This document shows, piece by piece, positions 18,419-29,082 of a stretch of 39,310 bases of DNA. The stretch is taken from the IMG/VR virus record IMGVR_UViG_3300044630_002986, positions 1-39,310 of that record. One strand, given 5' to 3'. The translations under genes and the position numbers were made by a program. How positions within the stretch are numbered: the stretch's first letter is position 1; every line of letters begins with the position of its first letter. Origin of the DNA: a virus (Duplodnaviria; Caudoviricetes). The notes below the pieces were generated by a model. It had not been told where the DNA came from. It did not search any database and was given only the letters and a program-made list of their open reading frames with translations.

Positions 18419-20129
18419 CTATTATAGGTTCAGCAATTTCGGTTATATTTTGAACACCAGTTCCTTCTGGTGTTATTCTAAAAATTGTATTTACATATGG
18501 ATAGTGTTTTCCATTTGTAAATGGATAATTAACACCCAAACCATTTTGGTCAACATACCCATATTCATATATATCTCTCCATCTAAATCCATTTGATAAA
18601 TTGGAGTAGTAAGCGTAACTTGGTACGTCAGCCACATTTTCATAAATTGATTCTTCAATATAATCAGAATAAACTCTTAATGTTATTGGGTTATGTGGTT
18701 TATAATAATATCCAAATTGATTTGTTTGTAATGCTGTTGTTGCTGAAAGTGAAAACCACTGTGGATTATAAGTTATTTTATGATTATATCTTGATATTAC
18801 TCTTTCTTTTTGATCGTAATCATTCCATTCACAAAAATCACCATCTAATGTATCGTCAATACTTAAATTATCATTATAATAGAATGGACCTTGTGGTGGT
18901 AATGTATTTGAGTTAAATTGTAGTTGTGGGATGTTAAATAAGTTAGTCGGATTTGAGTCCTGCCACCAAGGACTTGGTAAATCCAAATAAAGTGGTAAAT
19001 TAAAATCCCAACCTTGTTTTGTATTTTTTGTCCAACCAAATGAACCTTTCCATATTGTTGTAAAAAATAATTCAGAAACCGGTCTTTTTTGATTATCAAG
19101 TAATGGTTGTAAATCAATATCAGTATTAAATGTTAAAGTATATGATTGACTACCTTCTTTAACAGATGATCTTGCCGTATTATTTGGTGTTAAAACAGCT
19201 TTCTCAAATTTTGAGACACTCCCATATATATTTTGTTCAAAACCCGCTTTTACTAAAACAGCGTCTTCAACATTTGTTAGTATTTTGTGTTTTCTAACGT
19301 AATACTCTGATGTTGTTTCTTCTTTATTAAAAACATTTATAACTCTCTTAAATGTTCCAGTAACGTTCTGATTAAATGTTGTTCCTAAATACCCAACATT
19401 ATCAATATTAAAAATATATTCATCACTACCAAAACCAGAATTACCGAGACTTGAGATTTGGAAGTATTCTTCACCATTATAATTTATTGATAATTTAACA
19501 AATTCACCAACACTTAAACCATGTTTTATTGGTGATTTAAATGATATTATTGTTGAGTTATTATTACTACCAACTAAAATAAAAAATGGTAATCCATCTT
19601 GTGCAACCCAAGTCCAAGACGCATTTGATACAGAATCGGCAAGATATAATTGTTTATTAAAATCATTTTCATATGCATAACTAAGATAATGAGTCCAATT
19701 ATAAGTTGGTGCGTTCTTATTTAAAAAATTAATATGATTATTTAGTGGTTGTGTATAACCAGGTACGTTATTATCGGTTCTTATAAAATCAAATTCAAAA
19801 TATTGTGGGTATCCATCCCAAGCAGATGAATTACTTACTGTATTTGATATTGCATTACTATAGTATAGATTATTTTTAAATGGTACATAACTTGTTTTTC
19901 CAACATATTCATTTTTAAATAATAATGTAAATTTTGTTGTTGGTCTAAAAATTGTAGATTTTTGTCTTTCTTCTGAATATACCTGTTCCAAACTTATATC
20001 AACATTCCTATCAAACTCAACCAACTCTTCTTGTGTTTGAGTTAAAGGAACGTTTAGTGAATAGTTTGTTTCTGGTGCTGATTTATACCTTGCACTACCT
20101 TTAATAAATATTGTTGTTTCGTCTATCAT
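18405..20129 (-). CDS. Hypothetical protein, probably structural
   Basis: 574-aa ORF with an ATGA overlap with the upstream gene. Confidence 0.55.
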   Translation of the reverse strand: MIDETTIFIKGSARYKSAPETNYSLNVPLTQTQEELVEFDRNVDISLEQVYSEERQKSTIFRPTTKFTLLFKNEYVGKTSYVPFKNNLYYSNAISNTVSNSSAWDGYPQYFEFDFIRTDNNVPGYTQPLNNHINFLNKNAPTYNWTHYLSYAYENDFNKQLYLADSVSNASWTWVAQDGLPFFILVGSNNNSTIISFKSPIKHGLSVGEFVKLSINYNGEEYFQISSLGNSGFGSDEYIFNIDNVGYLGTTFNQNVTGTFKRVINVFNKEETTSEYYVRKHKILTNVEDAVLVKAGFEQNIYGSVSKFEKAVLTPNNTARSSVKEGSQSYTLTFNTDIDLQPLLDNQKRPVSELFFTTIWKGSFGWTKNTKQGWDFNLPLYLDLPSPWWQDSNPTNLFNIPQLQFNSNTLPPQGPFYYNDNLSIDDTLDGDFCEWNDYDQKERVISRYNHKITYNPQWFSLSATTALQTNQFGYYYKPHNPITLRVYSDYIEESIYENVADVPSYAYYSNLSNGFRWRDIYEYGYVDQNGLGVNYPFTNGKHYPYVNTIFRITPEGTGVQNITEIAEPIIDGCE

Positions 20130-23100
20130 GCGTCAGGATTAAAAATATAAAGTTTAACAAATTTATCTATTGCTGTTTTACCATTGTTTAAACCAAAATA
20201 GAAATGATTTGGTGCTCCGACAATGATTGAATTACCTAAGGCTGTAACTGATGCATCAGCAACAGCGTCTGGGTTACCGGCTGTAAATTTTGTAATATAA
20301 CCTCTTTGTGTTGTTGTGAAGTTAGATGACTGGAAATACGGATCAACATTATAATCTAAATCTTGGTACCCTTTTGTAAAAAACCCACCTGTTATTGTCA
20401 CATCTGTATCCCAGTTATTATTTTCATTACCAAAAATATAAGCGGATTGATTTTCTAATTTCCATCTATAATTTGGGACATCTTGTGTTTTAGGATAACC
20501 GTATTGATAAAAAACTGGTGGTGTCAAACTATAATACTCATAACCAGGTGTTAATCTTCTTCTGTAGATATATTCTAAATCATCTGTTTCAAAAAATACA
20601 CCAAAAACAGGTCTAGGGTATCCATCACCAGATTGTAAATCTTCACCAAAGAAAATACTATTTGGGTTTGGGTAATTTTCAACAAGGAATGGACTTATTT
20701 TCCATTCTGAATTTATTGATAACATTTGTGCAAAATCACCATCAATTCTATCACCTTCTCTTGTACTATTAAAGAATTGGATTATACCCTTACCTTCAGT
20801 ATTTCCACCAGATGGATTTGTAATTGGTATAATGGCCTGTCTAAATCTGTCATTTAATAATCTAGAAAGGAAACCAAGTTGGATAATACTTGAGTTGTCC
20901 TGGTATGATGTTGATTTAAACTGATCAACAGAGTATCCATTAAAGTTGTCGTTATTACATATTTCACTAATAAAAGCTTCTCTTGGTCCCATATCCGTAA
21001 TTGTTGTTGGGAACTGGATTTGTTTTGTGTTATACCCAACACCTGGGTATCCGTTTAATAAAAATGTTGGTATACCGCTTGTTGATGGTGGATTTTTACC
21101 AATAAATTTAGTTCCATCCCAAGGTGAGGATCTATAATAAAAATTATTCTCCAAATCATTAAATACTATAACATCTTCACAATATGAATATTGTGGTGTT
21201 GTATCTAAAAAGTTGCTATAAATGGCTGTTTTATTAAAATTAAACATATATAAAACACCATTAATCCAGTTATTTTGGAAAACTTGTGCAAACACACCAC
21301 GACATGCTGCAAATGTTATTGTAAATCTTGTTTTCCACTCTAAAAATAATCTAACATCATCATCTACTTGGAACAAATATTGTTTATTTAATAAACAATA
21401 ACAACCTTGTACAACTCTATCTGATGGTATTGAGCAGTTTGGGTTAATTGTTACGTTTGTTCCGGTACCCTGATAACATTCCAATGGTACATATTTTTCA
21501 CATGTTAATGTATCCAAAATAGAACTACTCAAATCAGAGTCAATATTCTCACCTGCTGGTAAATCAGATGCAATACCTATTGTTGGTGATGCCTGTTGAC
21601 CACAAGCGGAATAATAAGTAAAATTATTATTTTGATGTAAAGCATATGATGTTGTATTTTCAACACCAAATTCAACTTTTGTTGATGTTGGTAATCTATC
21701 ACTTCTCATTACAATTTTATTTTTGTTTGAGAAGTTTATAGGTGCTAATGATTGTCTAATATAAGATGGTGAATAACAACCGTAAAGTTTAGGATTTCCT
21801 TGTTGCGCTGGGTATCCAATTTGTAATTTACCTTCAGCACCTATGTCTGGGGTGTCACTTTGGAATCCATTTACATCTAATGGTACGGGGTAATTTGGGT
21901 TTACATTAAATGCATTTGATGCGATAAAAGACCCACCACCAAAATATTCAGCTGAACTATATGGTAATTGTCTTGTATTTGGATTTGTAGTATGTCCATT
22001 TGATGATTGTAATGCTCTTTGTGGGAAAAACCCTGGATTTGGTGAATAAGATTGAGACCCAACAGAATCATCATCTGTTGATAAATAATAATATGGTAAA
22101 GTTGATGTAAATGGTGTAAAATCATTACCAATTGTAAATGTATATGAATCAAAATATAAATTCGTATTACTATTATCCGGAGTAAAATGTGATTGTGGTT
22201 TAACTCCAACCCCTTGAATTGGTATATTCATATAGTACTCACCAGTTACTACATTAGTACCGAATGAATTTCCTAAAATTCTAGATATATCATATTCAAC
22301 TGTTTGTTTTGGTGTGTTTGGGTCAACTCCTCTAACAAATATTAAAACTTCATAATTTCCAGCGTTTGATAATGAATCAATTGCAGCACCACAATTAAAA
22401 TTGTGAGTTGTTGGTGGTACTAAAAGATCCCCACAATAGTATTGGAATACAATCTCGTGATTTAAATACCCTTTAGGGAACAGAGATCCATCATTAAAAT
22501 CTGCGAGATTTGTAAAATCACCAACAGTAAACCCTTCAATTAGTTGGAAGTATTCAATGTCTATTGGGTATTGTAAAAATGTATCTGGTAATGTATTTCC
22601 ATTAATTATAAAAGGTACTTGTGGTGCATTTGAGGTTGGTGTTGCGGCATAAGTAACATTTACAGTTGTAGTACCTGTTAATGTTGTTCCTGTAATTGCA
22701 TTATTGTTAAATTGATTTATTGTTGCACCAGTTAAATTAGGGCCACAATTAGATAGTGAACATTCTTGAAATGACATTAAATTACCTAAACCTATAGTAT
22801 CTTTTGTTCCTGGATTTGCTAAAATTACAACAACTTGGTCTTCATAATACCCAGAATTTAATGTTGGGTTTATAGTTGTTCTTATTTTATTAACATTACT
22901 AAAAAATTTATCTCTTGTATTAAAATCATTTAATTTTTGTGGGAATGGATCTGTAAGTGGGAATGCCCAAGATCTTTTTTGCACCCCCACAAACGGGTAA
23001 ATTTCAGCCGCAAAAATAAATTGTTGTGGTGCTTTTCTTAATATACCATCATTTCCAAATTGTGGTTCAATACTATCAACACCATATGTTCCACTACCAT

Positions 23101-25597
23101 TATCAACATCATAACCAGAAAAAAGTCTTTTAACATCAATTAACGCTCTTGCAACAACATCAGCTTCAATGTCTTGATCACTAGCAGCCGCAAGGAGTGA
23201 CTTAAAATCACAATCATAGTATGGTGGTGTTGGGTAATTACTTGTTCCGGCTTGATTATTAAATGGTCCTTCAGTATTGCTATCAATATCTTCAGTGTCT
23301 GGATTTTTATAATTTGGGTGTTCAAAAATATAAGATTGTGAAATACCAATTGGTGCTAAAAATGAATTTGATTGTGATAATGTAGGATTAGGGTCGGCAT
23401 TTGGGTCTGAATTTTGTTGTGCTTCAATTTCAGCAGATACAGATTGCGTTGTAATATCATCATCTGGTGAAGCATTTTTACAATCACAATCACAAGTTGT
23501 ACAGTCCGGATATGAAATCATTGGAAGTCCAATCCTAGGAAAGTTTTTAATTCTTATTAAGTATTTTATTGTAAAAATTGTAAATGCGACAGCAAGGGCA
23601 AAACGGAAAACAAATCCAAGCGCCTGTACCGCAATTCTAAAATATAACCCAATATTTACAACAGGACCACCTAGAGGGGAGAAAGCTCCGGCTTCAATTC
23701 CTGAGTTAATCCAGTCAATCATATCCCTAACAGCGTCGTAAGCAAAATAAATACCTAAAATAACAAGTAGATATTTTAAAATTGGCCAAATAAATAAAAT
23801 TAAGTGGGCAACAAATAATAAAACAATTATTGGGATTGTTAATATGTTTATTAGTATGTTAAAAACAAAAAATATAAAATCAAAATTTCGTATAATATCA
23901 TTTACTGGAAATGTATTTACGGTTGATTTACAAGTTCTATTATCAATTTCTTTTATTCCTAAATGTTTTGCCCTACCAATTCCTTTTTTATATCTATCAA
24001 GAAATTGTGACGTAGTATATACTTTATTATAATTAAATTCATAAAAAGTATCATTACAATTTATTGCTGATGATGGGTCAACATAATCATCCCAATCTAA
24101 ACTAAATGTGTATGATCTTAACATATCAAAATAATCAGATTGATAATATGTGAAATTAAAACTTTGTGGTAAGTTTGGGTCAGTTGGATTTGCATCAATT
24201 TGGATTGTACCAACTGGTATTGGGATTACATTTGGGTCTCCCGGATAAAGGACACCATTTATGTAAATATTAAAATCTTCAACATTTGATGTGTTTTCTA
24301 AAACCAATCCGCCGGCTCCCGGTAATGTTGTAATTGGACCATTTGTTGAACCTTGTGGTATTGTATATACAAATGTTGATGAGTTATTCGGGTCCAATGG
24401 GTCATTACCAGAACTTGTCCATCCGTGTTCTTTAATGTTTGGTACTAGATAGTTTGCCCTTAAAAATTGATTTTGTAACCCACCTTCGTTATTCCATTTA
24501 AATTTAAATCTATATCTACCTTTTGTTGGGATTCCTTTTGTTGGGTCGCTTGAGATTACTTGTTGTCCAAACTCATTTGTTATAACATAATCCAAATTCA
24601 TTGGGATATTAACCAAATAAGAACCATCACCATCAATTACATTACCATTTTGTTCTAACTGATATTCTTCAAGTATTGGTAAATTTTGTTGGTCAAGAAA
24701 TATTGTTTGTCTTATTGCTTGAATTGACCCACCACCGGCAACTAATTCACAAAGATTTCCAGTATTATTTTTTGGTTTACAATTTCTTTTTAAAGCATCA
24801 TCATCTGTTGTTGAGATAATTGACCCCATAAAAACAGATGTTGGTTGGATACTTATATTACTACTTTGTGTTAAATCAAAGTCACATCTTGTAATACCCA
24901 AAGAACAGATATTTGGTTCACCCCATAATGGTGACACGTCAATAATTTTATTTAACGTTATAAGTTGTGGTAATTCATTTAAATTTGATGAAGTTTTAAA
25001 TTGTGAACCACTAACTTGTGCTTCAGTTGCAAGTCCAGCTTGTATTAAATCCTGTGGTGATAGTGAAAAACAGCCAATATCAGATAAGTCAATATCCATA
25101 AAAAGTGTTTGTGAACCTATCGGAACACCAAAAATCATATAATCACCACTGTCATTTGTTTTTGCTGTGAATTTATAATATTTGTCGTAAATTTCAATTT
25201 GTGTTTGGTCAATAAGAATCTCTTCTTTTGTTGGAAAAGTTCCTGTTGCTGCGTGAGTTGAGTATGATTGTTCTTTTGGTAATAAATTATACCTATAACC
25301 ATCTTCATTTAAATCAGATAAGCTTTTATATGGGTATAAATCAGATATTATTGGGTTATTTTCATCTTCATCTGATAATGGTATGAAAACAGAAACTTTT
25401 GCGTTTGGTAATCCAAACCCATTATTGGCCGACACTCTACCAACAATAACACCATAATCAGAACAAGGTCTTATATAAATGTCACTTTGATTAATTTTTA
25501 AGGAAAGTATTTCCAAAAAATCAAAATCCTGTTCTAACTTTACGTTGATATGTTTATCTACACCGACTTGGGTTCTTATTCTATATGATTTTGGCAT
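20126..25597 (-). CDS. Very large baseplate-associated protein with an N-terminal prealbumin/carboxypeptidase-regulatory-like domain and an internal hydrophobic block
   Basis: 1823 aa. YGVIVGRVSANNGFGLPNAKVSVF..AKTNDSGDYMIFGVPIG is prealbumin-fold-like, and long hydrophobic segments lie at about 23550-23886. It follows the gp6-like gene. Confidence 0.6.
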   Translation of the reverse strand: MPKSYRIRTQVGVDKHINVKLEQDFDFLEILSLKINQSDIYIRPCSDYGVIVGRVSANNGFGLPNAKVSVFIPLSDEDENNPIISDLYPYKSLSDLNEDGYRYNLLPKEQSYSTHAATGTFPTKEEILIDQTQIEIYDKYYKFTAKTNDSGDYMIFGVPIGSQTLFMDIDLSDIGCFSLSPQDLIQAGLATEAQVSGSQFKTSSNLNELPQLITLNKIIDVSPLWGEPNICSLGITRCDFDLTQSSNISIQPTSVFMGSIISTTDDDALKRNCKPKNNTGNLCELVAGGGSIQAIRQTIFLDQQNLPILEEYQLEQNGNVIDGDGSYLVNIPMNLDYVITNEFGQQVISSDPTKGIPTKGRYRFKFKWNNEGGLQNQFLRANYLVPNIKEHGWTSSGNDPLDPNNSSTFVYTIPQGSTNGPITTLPGAGGLVLENTSNVEDFNIYINGVLYPGDPNVIPIPVGTIQIDANPTDPNLPQSFNFTYYQSDYFDMLRSYTFSLDWDDYVDPSSAINCNDTFYEFNYNKVYTTSQFLDRYKKGIGRAKHLGIKEIDNRTCKSTVNTFPVNDIIRNFDFIFFVFNILINILTIPIIVLLFVAHLILFIWPILKYLLVILGIYFAYDAVRDMIDWINSGIEAGAFSPLGGPVVNIGLYFRIAVQALGFVFRFALAVAFTIFTIKYLIRIKNFPRIGLPMISYPDCTTCDCDCKNASPDDDITTQSVSAEIEAQQNSDPNADPNPTLSQSNSFLAPIGISQSYIFEHPNYKNPDTEDIDSNTEGPFNNQAGTSNYPTPPYYDCDFKSLLAAASDQDIEADVVARALIDVKRLFSGYDVDNGSGTYGVDSIEPQFGNDGILRKAPQQFIFAAEIYPFVGVQKRSWAFPLTDPFPQKLNDFNTRDKFFSNVNKIRTTINPTLNSGYYEDQVVVILANPGTKDTIGLGNLMSFQECSLSNCGPNLTGATINQFNNNAITGTTLTGTTTVNVTYAATPTSNAPQVPFIINGNTLPDTFLQYPIDIEYFQLIEGFTVGDFTNLADFNDGSLFPKGYLNHEIVFQYYCGDLLVPPTTHNFNCGAAIDSLSNAGNYEVLIFVRGVDPNTPKQTVEYDISRILGNSFGTNVVTGEYYMNIPIQGVGVKPQSHFTPDNSNTNLYFDSYTFTIGNDFTPFTSTLPYYYLSTDDDSVGSQSYSPNPGFFPQRALQSSNGHTTNPNTRQLPYSSAEYFGGGSFIASNAFNVNPNYPVPLDVNGFQSDTPDIGAEGKLQIGYPAQQGNPKLYGCYSPSYIRQSLAPINFSNKNKIVMRSDRLPTSTKVEFGVENTTSYALHQNNNFTYYSACGQQASPTIGIASDLPAGENIDSDLSSSILDTLTCEKYVPLECYQGTGTNVTINPNCSIPSDRVVQGCYCLLNKQYLFQVDDDVRLFLEWKTRFTITFAACRGVFAQVFQNNWINGVLYMFNFNKTAIYSNFLDTTPQYSYCEDVIVFNDLENNFYYRSSPWDGTKFIGKNPPSTSGIPTFLLNGYPGVGYNTKQIQFPTTITDMGPREAFISEICNNDNFNGYSVDQFKSTSYQDNSSIIQLGFLSRLLNDRFRQAIIPITNPSGGNTEGKGIIQFFNSTREGDRIDGDFAQMLSINSEWKISPFLVENYPNPNSIFFGEDLQSGDGYPRPVFGVFFETDDLEYIYRRRLTPGYEYYSLTPPVFYQYGYPKTQDVPNYRWKLENQSAYIFGNENNNWDTDVTITGGFFTKGYQDLDYNVDPYFQSSNFTTTQRGYITKFTAGNPDAVADASVTALGNSIIVGAPNHFYFGLNNGKTAIDKFVKLYIFNPDA

Positions 25598-25671
25598 TAA
25601 ATTTCACTTTTTTGATAAATAGTTTATTTCCTATTTTAGAAAAATAATCCCATTATAAAAAAAATAAATCA

Positions 25672-27510
25672 TCAAGAAAAATTGATTGTCTTGAAATTCA
25701 ATACTCTAACATTAATATCCTTGTTTGGGAACCTAATTTGATAGATTTGTGTTGGTTCAGCAAAGATTGTATCGGCCACAAGTTCAATTTGTCTTGTTGC
25801 TGAATCCGAATATCTTTGTGATGTTTGTGATGATGAATATTGTCCACCAACATTATTAAAGAATTGTATATCTGATATTGATATTACACCATTTTCATTT
25901 TGGATTAATCTTCTTATTTCAGATACATATATATTTTTACCAAGTTGTTGGGTTAATGGGTTGAAATAATTTGAAATTATATCTATGATTTTTCCAACGA
26001 TTGATCCTTGGTTTTGACTTGCATCCAGTACAACATCAACATTAACTGAAAGGTCAATAACATTTGCTGTTTCAACCGAAATGTAATCATTTATCATTCT
26101 GTAATTTGATAGATAATTTGCAACGTTGTTTTTAAGTGTATTTGAATTAGTTTCAGTTAAATTACCGCTTGTATCATAAGACAACATTTTAATTTTAATT
26201 TTGTTGTTTTCTTCTGTTATTGATGCTTTTGCTGGTGCTCCAAATTGTGATGGCATCATTCTTAATACTGATTCATAATCATTTACAGTTACAGCTCTAT
26301 TTTGCGCTGCAAAGTTAAATGAGACATATTGTCTTACTTCTTCTGTTGTTGGTGCGTCAGCTCCACCGATTGCCGCTGTTACATTGTTTACTTTTAATGA
26401 ATTAACAACAGTTGTGTTTACAGATTCAGATGGTCCATTAACAAAAAATGAAACAGTACCAATTTGATTTATTGTGTTAATACCCAAGTTTGTACTTTGA
26501 CCACCACCAATTCTATACTGAACAAATAATGTTGAGTTTGATTTAAGGGCAGCCCCAAGAGCTAAATTGTTTGAGTATTTACTTAAATTCATATCATAAC
26601 CACCTCTGGCAAACTCTCTTAATTGTTCTTCGGCTGAAACATTTCCACCACCAAATGTCATTTTTAAATAACCCTCCGGTGTATATTCAGATATAAACTT
26701 TGTGTTTGTTGTAATATATCTACCGACTTTAATTCCTGGTTGGTCAGATACTTTTGTTGGGTCCTCAATAAAAACTCTATCTTCAGCCAGAGCTTTTACT
26801 TCATACCATCTATTATCAAGACCTAAAAATTCTTGTGGTTGTGGAACATTTGTATATTGTGTTCCATCTTTTAAAAGAACACTAGTAATACCCAACACAT
26901 TTTTTTCTGGTAAAAATAATTCAAAAAATGGTTTAACATCATTTGGTGTTATTGCTCTTTTGAATACTTTTGTAACACCATTAACAACAACTTCTCTTTT
27001 TGTAATTGTATAATTTAATAATTTACCGTTTGAATCAAAATTTGGAATTTTTAACCTATTTGGTGCTCCTTCAGAATTTATTGGTGATGAAAAATCAATA
27101 TCATAAACAGTTTCAAATGGTTGTCCGGCACCACTTACTTGTGATCCTCGTCTTAAAACACCACAATATCTTAAATCTTCTCTGTCACCAAAAGCCGGTA
27201 CAATAATTGAAAAGTCAACAAGTGCGACTGATGGTCTCTGTCCGGGTATTTTTAAACCGTAAGTCCTTGCAATATTATAGATTGATGATTTTTGTTGTGC
27301 ATACTGTAATACGGTCTCTTGAATACTTCTATCAATATGAAATTGTAGGTTGTCTGTTACGGCAGCATTTAAATCCAACATAACAGAAAATACACCAGCA
27401 TCATTAAAGTTCTGAACTAAATCTGGATAATATGTTCTTGTAAAGTTTATTAACTCGGTTCTAATTCCTTGGAAATCCCTAGTTGTATATGATATTTTCT
27501 TTTCTGCCAT
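25672..27510 (-). CDS. Baseplate wedge subunit, T4 gp6 / baseplate J-like
   Basis: YTTRDFQGIRTELINF, FHIDRSIQET..AQQKSSIYNIARTYG, YRIGGG, AIGGADA and AQNRAVTVNDY. Confidence 0.88.
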   Translation of the reverse strand: MAEKKISYTTRDFQGIRTELINFTRTYYPDLVQNFNDAGVFSVMLDLNAAVTDNLQFHIDRSIQETVLQYAQQKSSIYNIARTYGLKIPGQRPSVALVDFSIIVPAFGDREDLRYCGVLRRGSQVSGAGQPFETVYDIDFSSPINSEGAPNRLKIPNFDSNGKLLNYTITKREVVVNGVTKVFKRAITPNDVKPFFELFLPEKNVLGITSVLLKDGTQYTNVPQPQEFLGLDNRWYEVKALAEDRVFIEDPTKVSDQPGIKVGRYITTNTKFISEYTPEGYLKMTFGGGNVSAEEQLREFARGGYDMNLSKYSNNLALGAALKSNSTLFVQYRIGGGQSTNLGINTINQIGTVSFFVNGPSESVNTTVVNSLKVNNVTAAIGGADAPTTEEVRQYVSFNFAAQNRAVTVNDYESVLRMMPSQFGAPAKASITEENNKIKIKMLSYDTSGNLTETNSNTLKNNVANYLSNYRMINDYISVETANVIDLSVNVDVVLDASQNQGSIVGKIIDIISNYFNPLTQQLGKNIYVSEIRRLIQNENGVISISDIQFFNNVGGQYSSSQTSQRYSDSATRQIELVADTIFAEPTQIYQIRFPNKDINVRVLNFKTINFS

Positions 27511-27515
27511 TTTAT

Positions 27516-27974
27516 TTAAATATTTATAATTACAAAATCACTTGTTTCAAACACATCATTTGTTGATTTATATTCAATTTTTATTCTTGCCGTATGTTCT
27601 TTTTGTGATATTCCAGGAACTTTATATGCTAACTCACCATTACTATCAACATATGTTCCTTTATCCTCGTCCTCTAATGATGCATCTGTAATACTTATAT
27701 TTGTGATTAACAGATTTGGGAGATACTTTTCAACAGAATCTCTAATTTCAGATTCAATATCAGAAAATGTTGGTCCATCTAGTGGTTCAAATATATATTC
27801 ATATAATCTTGTCCCAAAATCTGGTAAAAAGTATCTTGTGCCTTTTCTTGTTAATAATAAGTGAATTAAATTACTTCTTATTTCTTCAGATTTTGTATCT
27901 GAAGCGTCCAAATATTTTCCAACAAAAGAATCTCTAAAGGGAAAATTTATACCATAAGTAATACCATTTGCCAT
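27516..27974 (-). CDS. Baseplate wedge subunit, gp25/gpW-like
   Basis: IRSNLIHLLLTRKGTRYFLPDFGTRLYEYIFEP is the gp25 signature. ATG at 27974 is preferred over TTG at 27980. Confidence 0.9.
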   Translation of the reverse strand: MANGITYGINFPFRDSFVGKYLDASDTKSEEIRSNLIHLLLTRKGTRYFLPDFGTRLYEYIFEPLDGPTFSDIESEIRDSVEKYLPNLLITNISITDASLEDEDKGTYVDSNGELAYKVPGISQKEHTARIKIEYKSTNDVFETSDFVIINI

Positions 27975-28042
27975 ATTCAATAAATATAGTGTTGGTAAAT
28001 TTTATCTAAATAAAAAACCCATTTTATTAGATAGGATTATAA

Positions 28043-28813
28043 TTAGAAACAATTAATTTTTTTTATTTTATTTGCGACTTCAGTAACGTATCCATGTGAT
28101 GTTATATCAATTTTGTCCCATCTTTTAGTGTTATAATTTGGTAAATAATTTTTAACCAATTTATTTGTCACTTTAACATTATTAATCGTTTTACCAGCTT
28201 CACTACAAGGTTTTTTTATTTTTGGATTTGATGTTTCACAATACTTTGTTATTTTATCAAATCCTAGGTTATAGGATGCCACGGCAATGTCCAAAACAGC
28301 ATTGATTGAATTTGATGGTTTCATATTAACAGATTTTGAGTTTTCACTATAACCATTTTTTTTTGCAATATCTATTGCTTTTTTTATGTAAGTATAAACA
28401 GCAATTAAAGCCCCTTCTATTGTCAAAACATTTTCTTTAATTTTTAATGATTTTATTGTTTCTTTTGTCATTTGAGCCGGACCTATCGAACTATCAGAAA
28501 AAATGTGACTTAACTCTTTGAATGGTTCTAAAATGGAATATCGTAATCCAGAACCAAAAGAACTTTCTCTACCAACGACACCTAAAGCAATTTTTAGTAA
28601 AAACTTATCATAACCTTTTTTTATTAGGCTATGTATTGCGGGTATAAAGGCTGGTGGTATACAGGGGTATTTTTTCTTTAAACTTTCAATTTTATCAGAG
28701 AATGGATTTACTTTTTGTTTTGGTTTAAATCTATCCAAACCAACTTGTTCTTTAATAATATCTTTAATTAAAATGTTAAGTTCGGACTCTGTTAGTCTTA
28801 CTATGTTTTTCAT
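28043..28813 (-). CDS. Lysozyme-fold (lytic transglycosylase-like) protein with an N-terminal RLTESEL leader
   Basis: SLT-like motifs ALGVVGRESSFG (catalytic Glu), SIGPAQM, AVASYNLG and C-terminal YVTEV. Confidence 0.65.
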   Translation of the reverse strand: MKNIVRLTESELNILIKDIIKEQVGLDRFKPKQKVNPFSDKIESLKKKYPCIPPAFIPAIHSLIKKGYDKFLLKIALGVVGRESSFGSGLRYSILEPFKELSHIFSDSSIGPAQMTKETIKSLKIKENVLTIEGALIAVYTYIKKAIDIAKKNGYSENSKSVNMKPSNSINAVLDIAVASYNLGFDKITKYCETSNPKIKKPCSEAGKTINNVKVTNKLVKNYLPNYNTKRWDKIDITSHGYVTEVANKIKKINCF

Positions 28814-28841
28814 AGTTATTTTTTATTATAAATATACAGAT

Positions 28842-28870
28842 AAAAAAAAATCCCTACTTTCGTAAGGATT
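28842..28870 (-). terminator. Intrinsic terminator closing the replication operon
   Basis: Minus-strand RNA reads AAUCCUUAC-GAAA-GUAGGGAUU (one G-U pair, GNRA loop) followed by a U-run. It overlaps the TAG at 28854. Confidence 0.85.
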
Positions 28871-29081
28871 CTTTTAAGTTTGTACTACCCTTCTCATATG
28901 AGGGCTCATAAGGGCAATGTTTGCATTTTGAGCCACAGCATTTGCCACGTTTTATATGAAAAGATTCGGTCATTACAATATTTCCAAATTTATCTTTATA
29001 GAAATCTGGTTCTGGAGTTTTTTTTGTTATCTCCTGAACGTATAATTGTTGGACCCAATCTTTTGATGCATTTACATTCAT
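28854..29081 (-). CDS. DUF5522-like small Cys-rich protein
   Basis: FYKDKFGNIVMTESFHIKRGKCCGSKCKHCPY matches the DUF5522 pattern. Confidence 0.8.
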   Translation of the reverse strand: MNVNASKDWVQQLYVQEITKKTPEPDFYKDKFGNIVMTESFHIKRGKCCGSKCKHCPYEPSYEKGSTNLKESLRK

Positions 29082-29082
29082 T

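Noticed and set aside
25598-28042. Extracellular contractile injection system or T6SS instead of a phage
   Set aside because: The gp25/gp6-like genes are contiguous with a T4-like replication operon, and no cellular housekeeping context is present.
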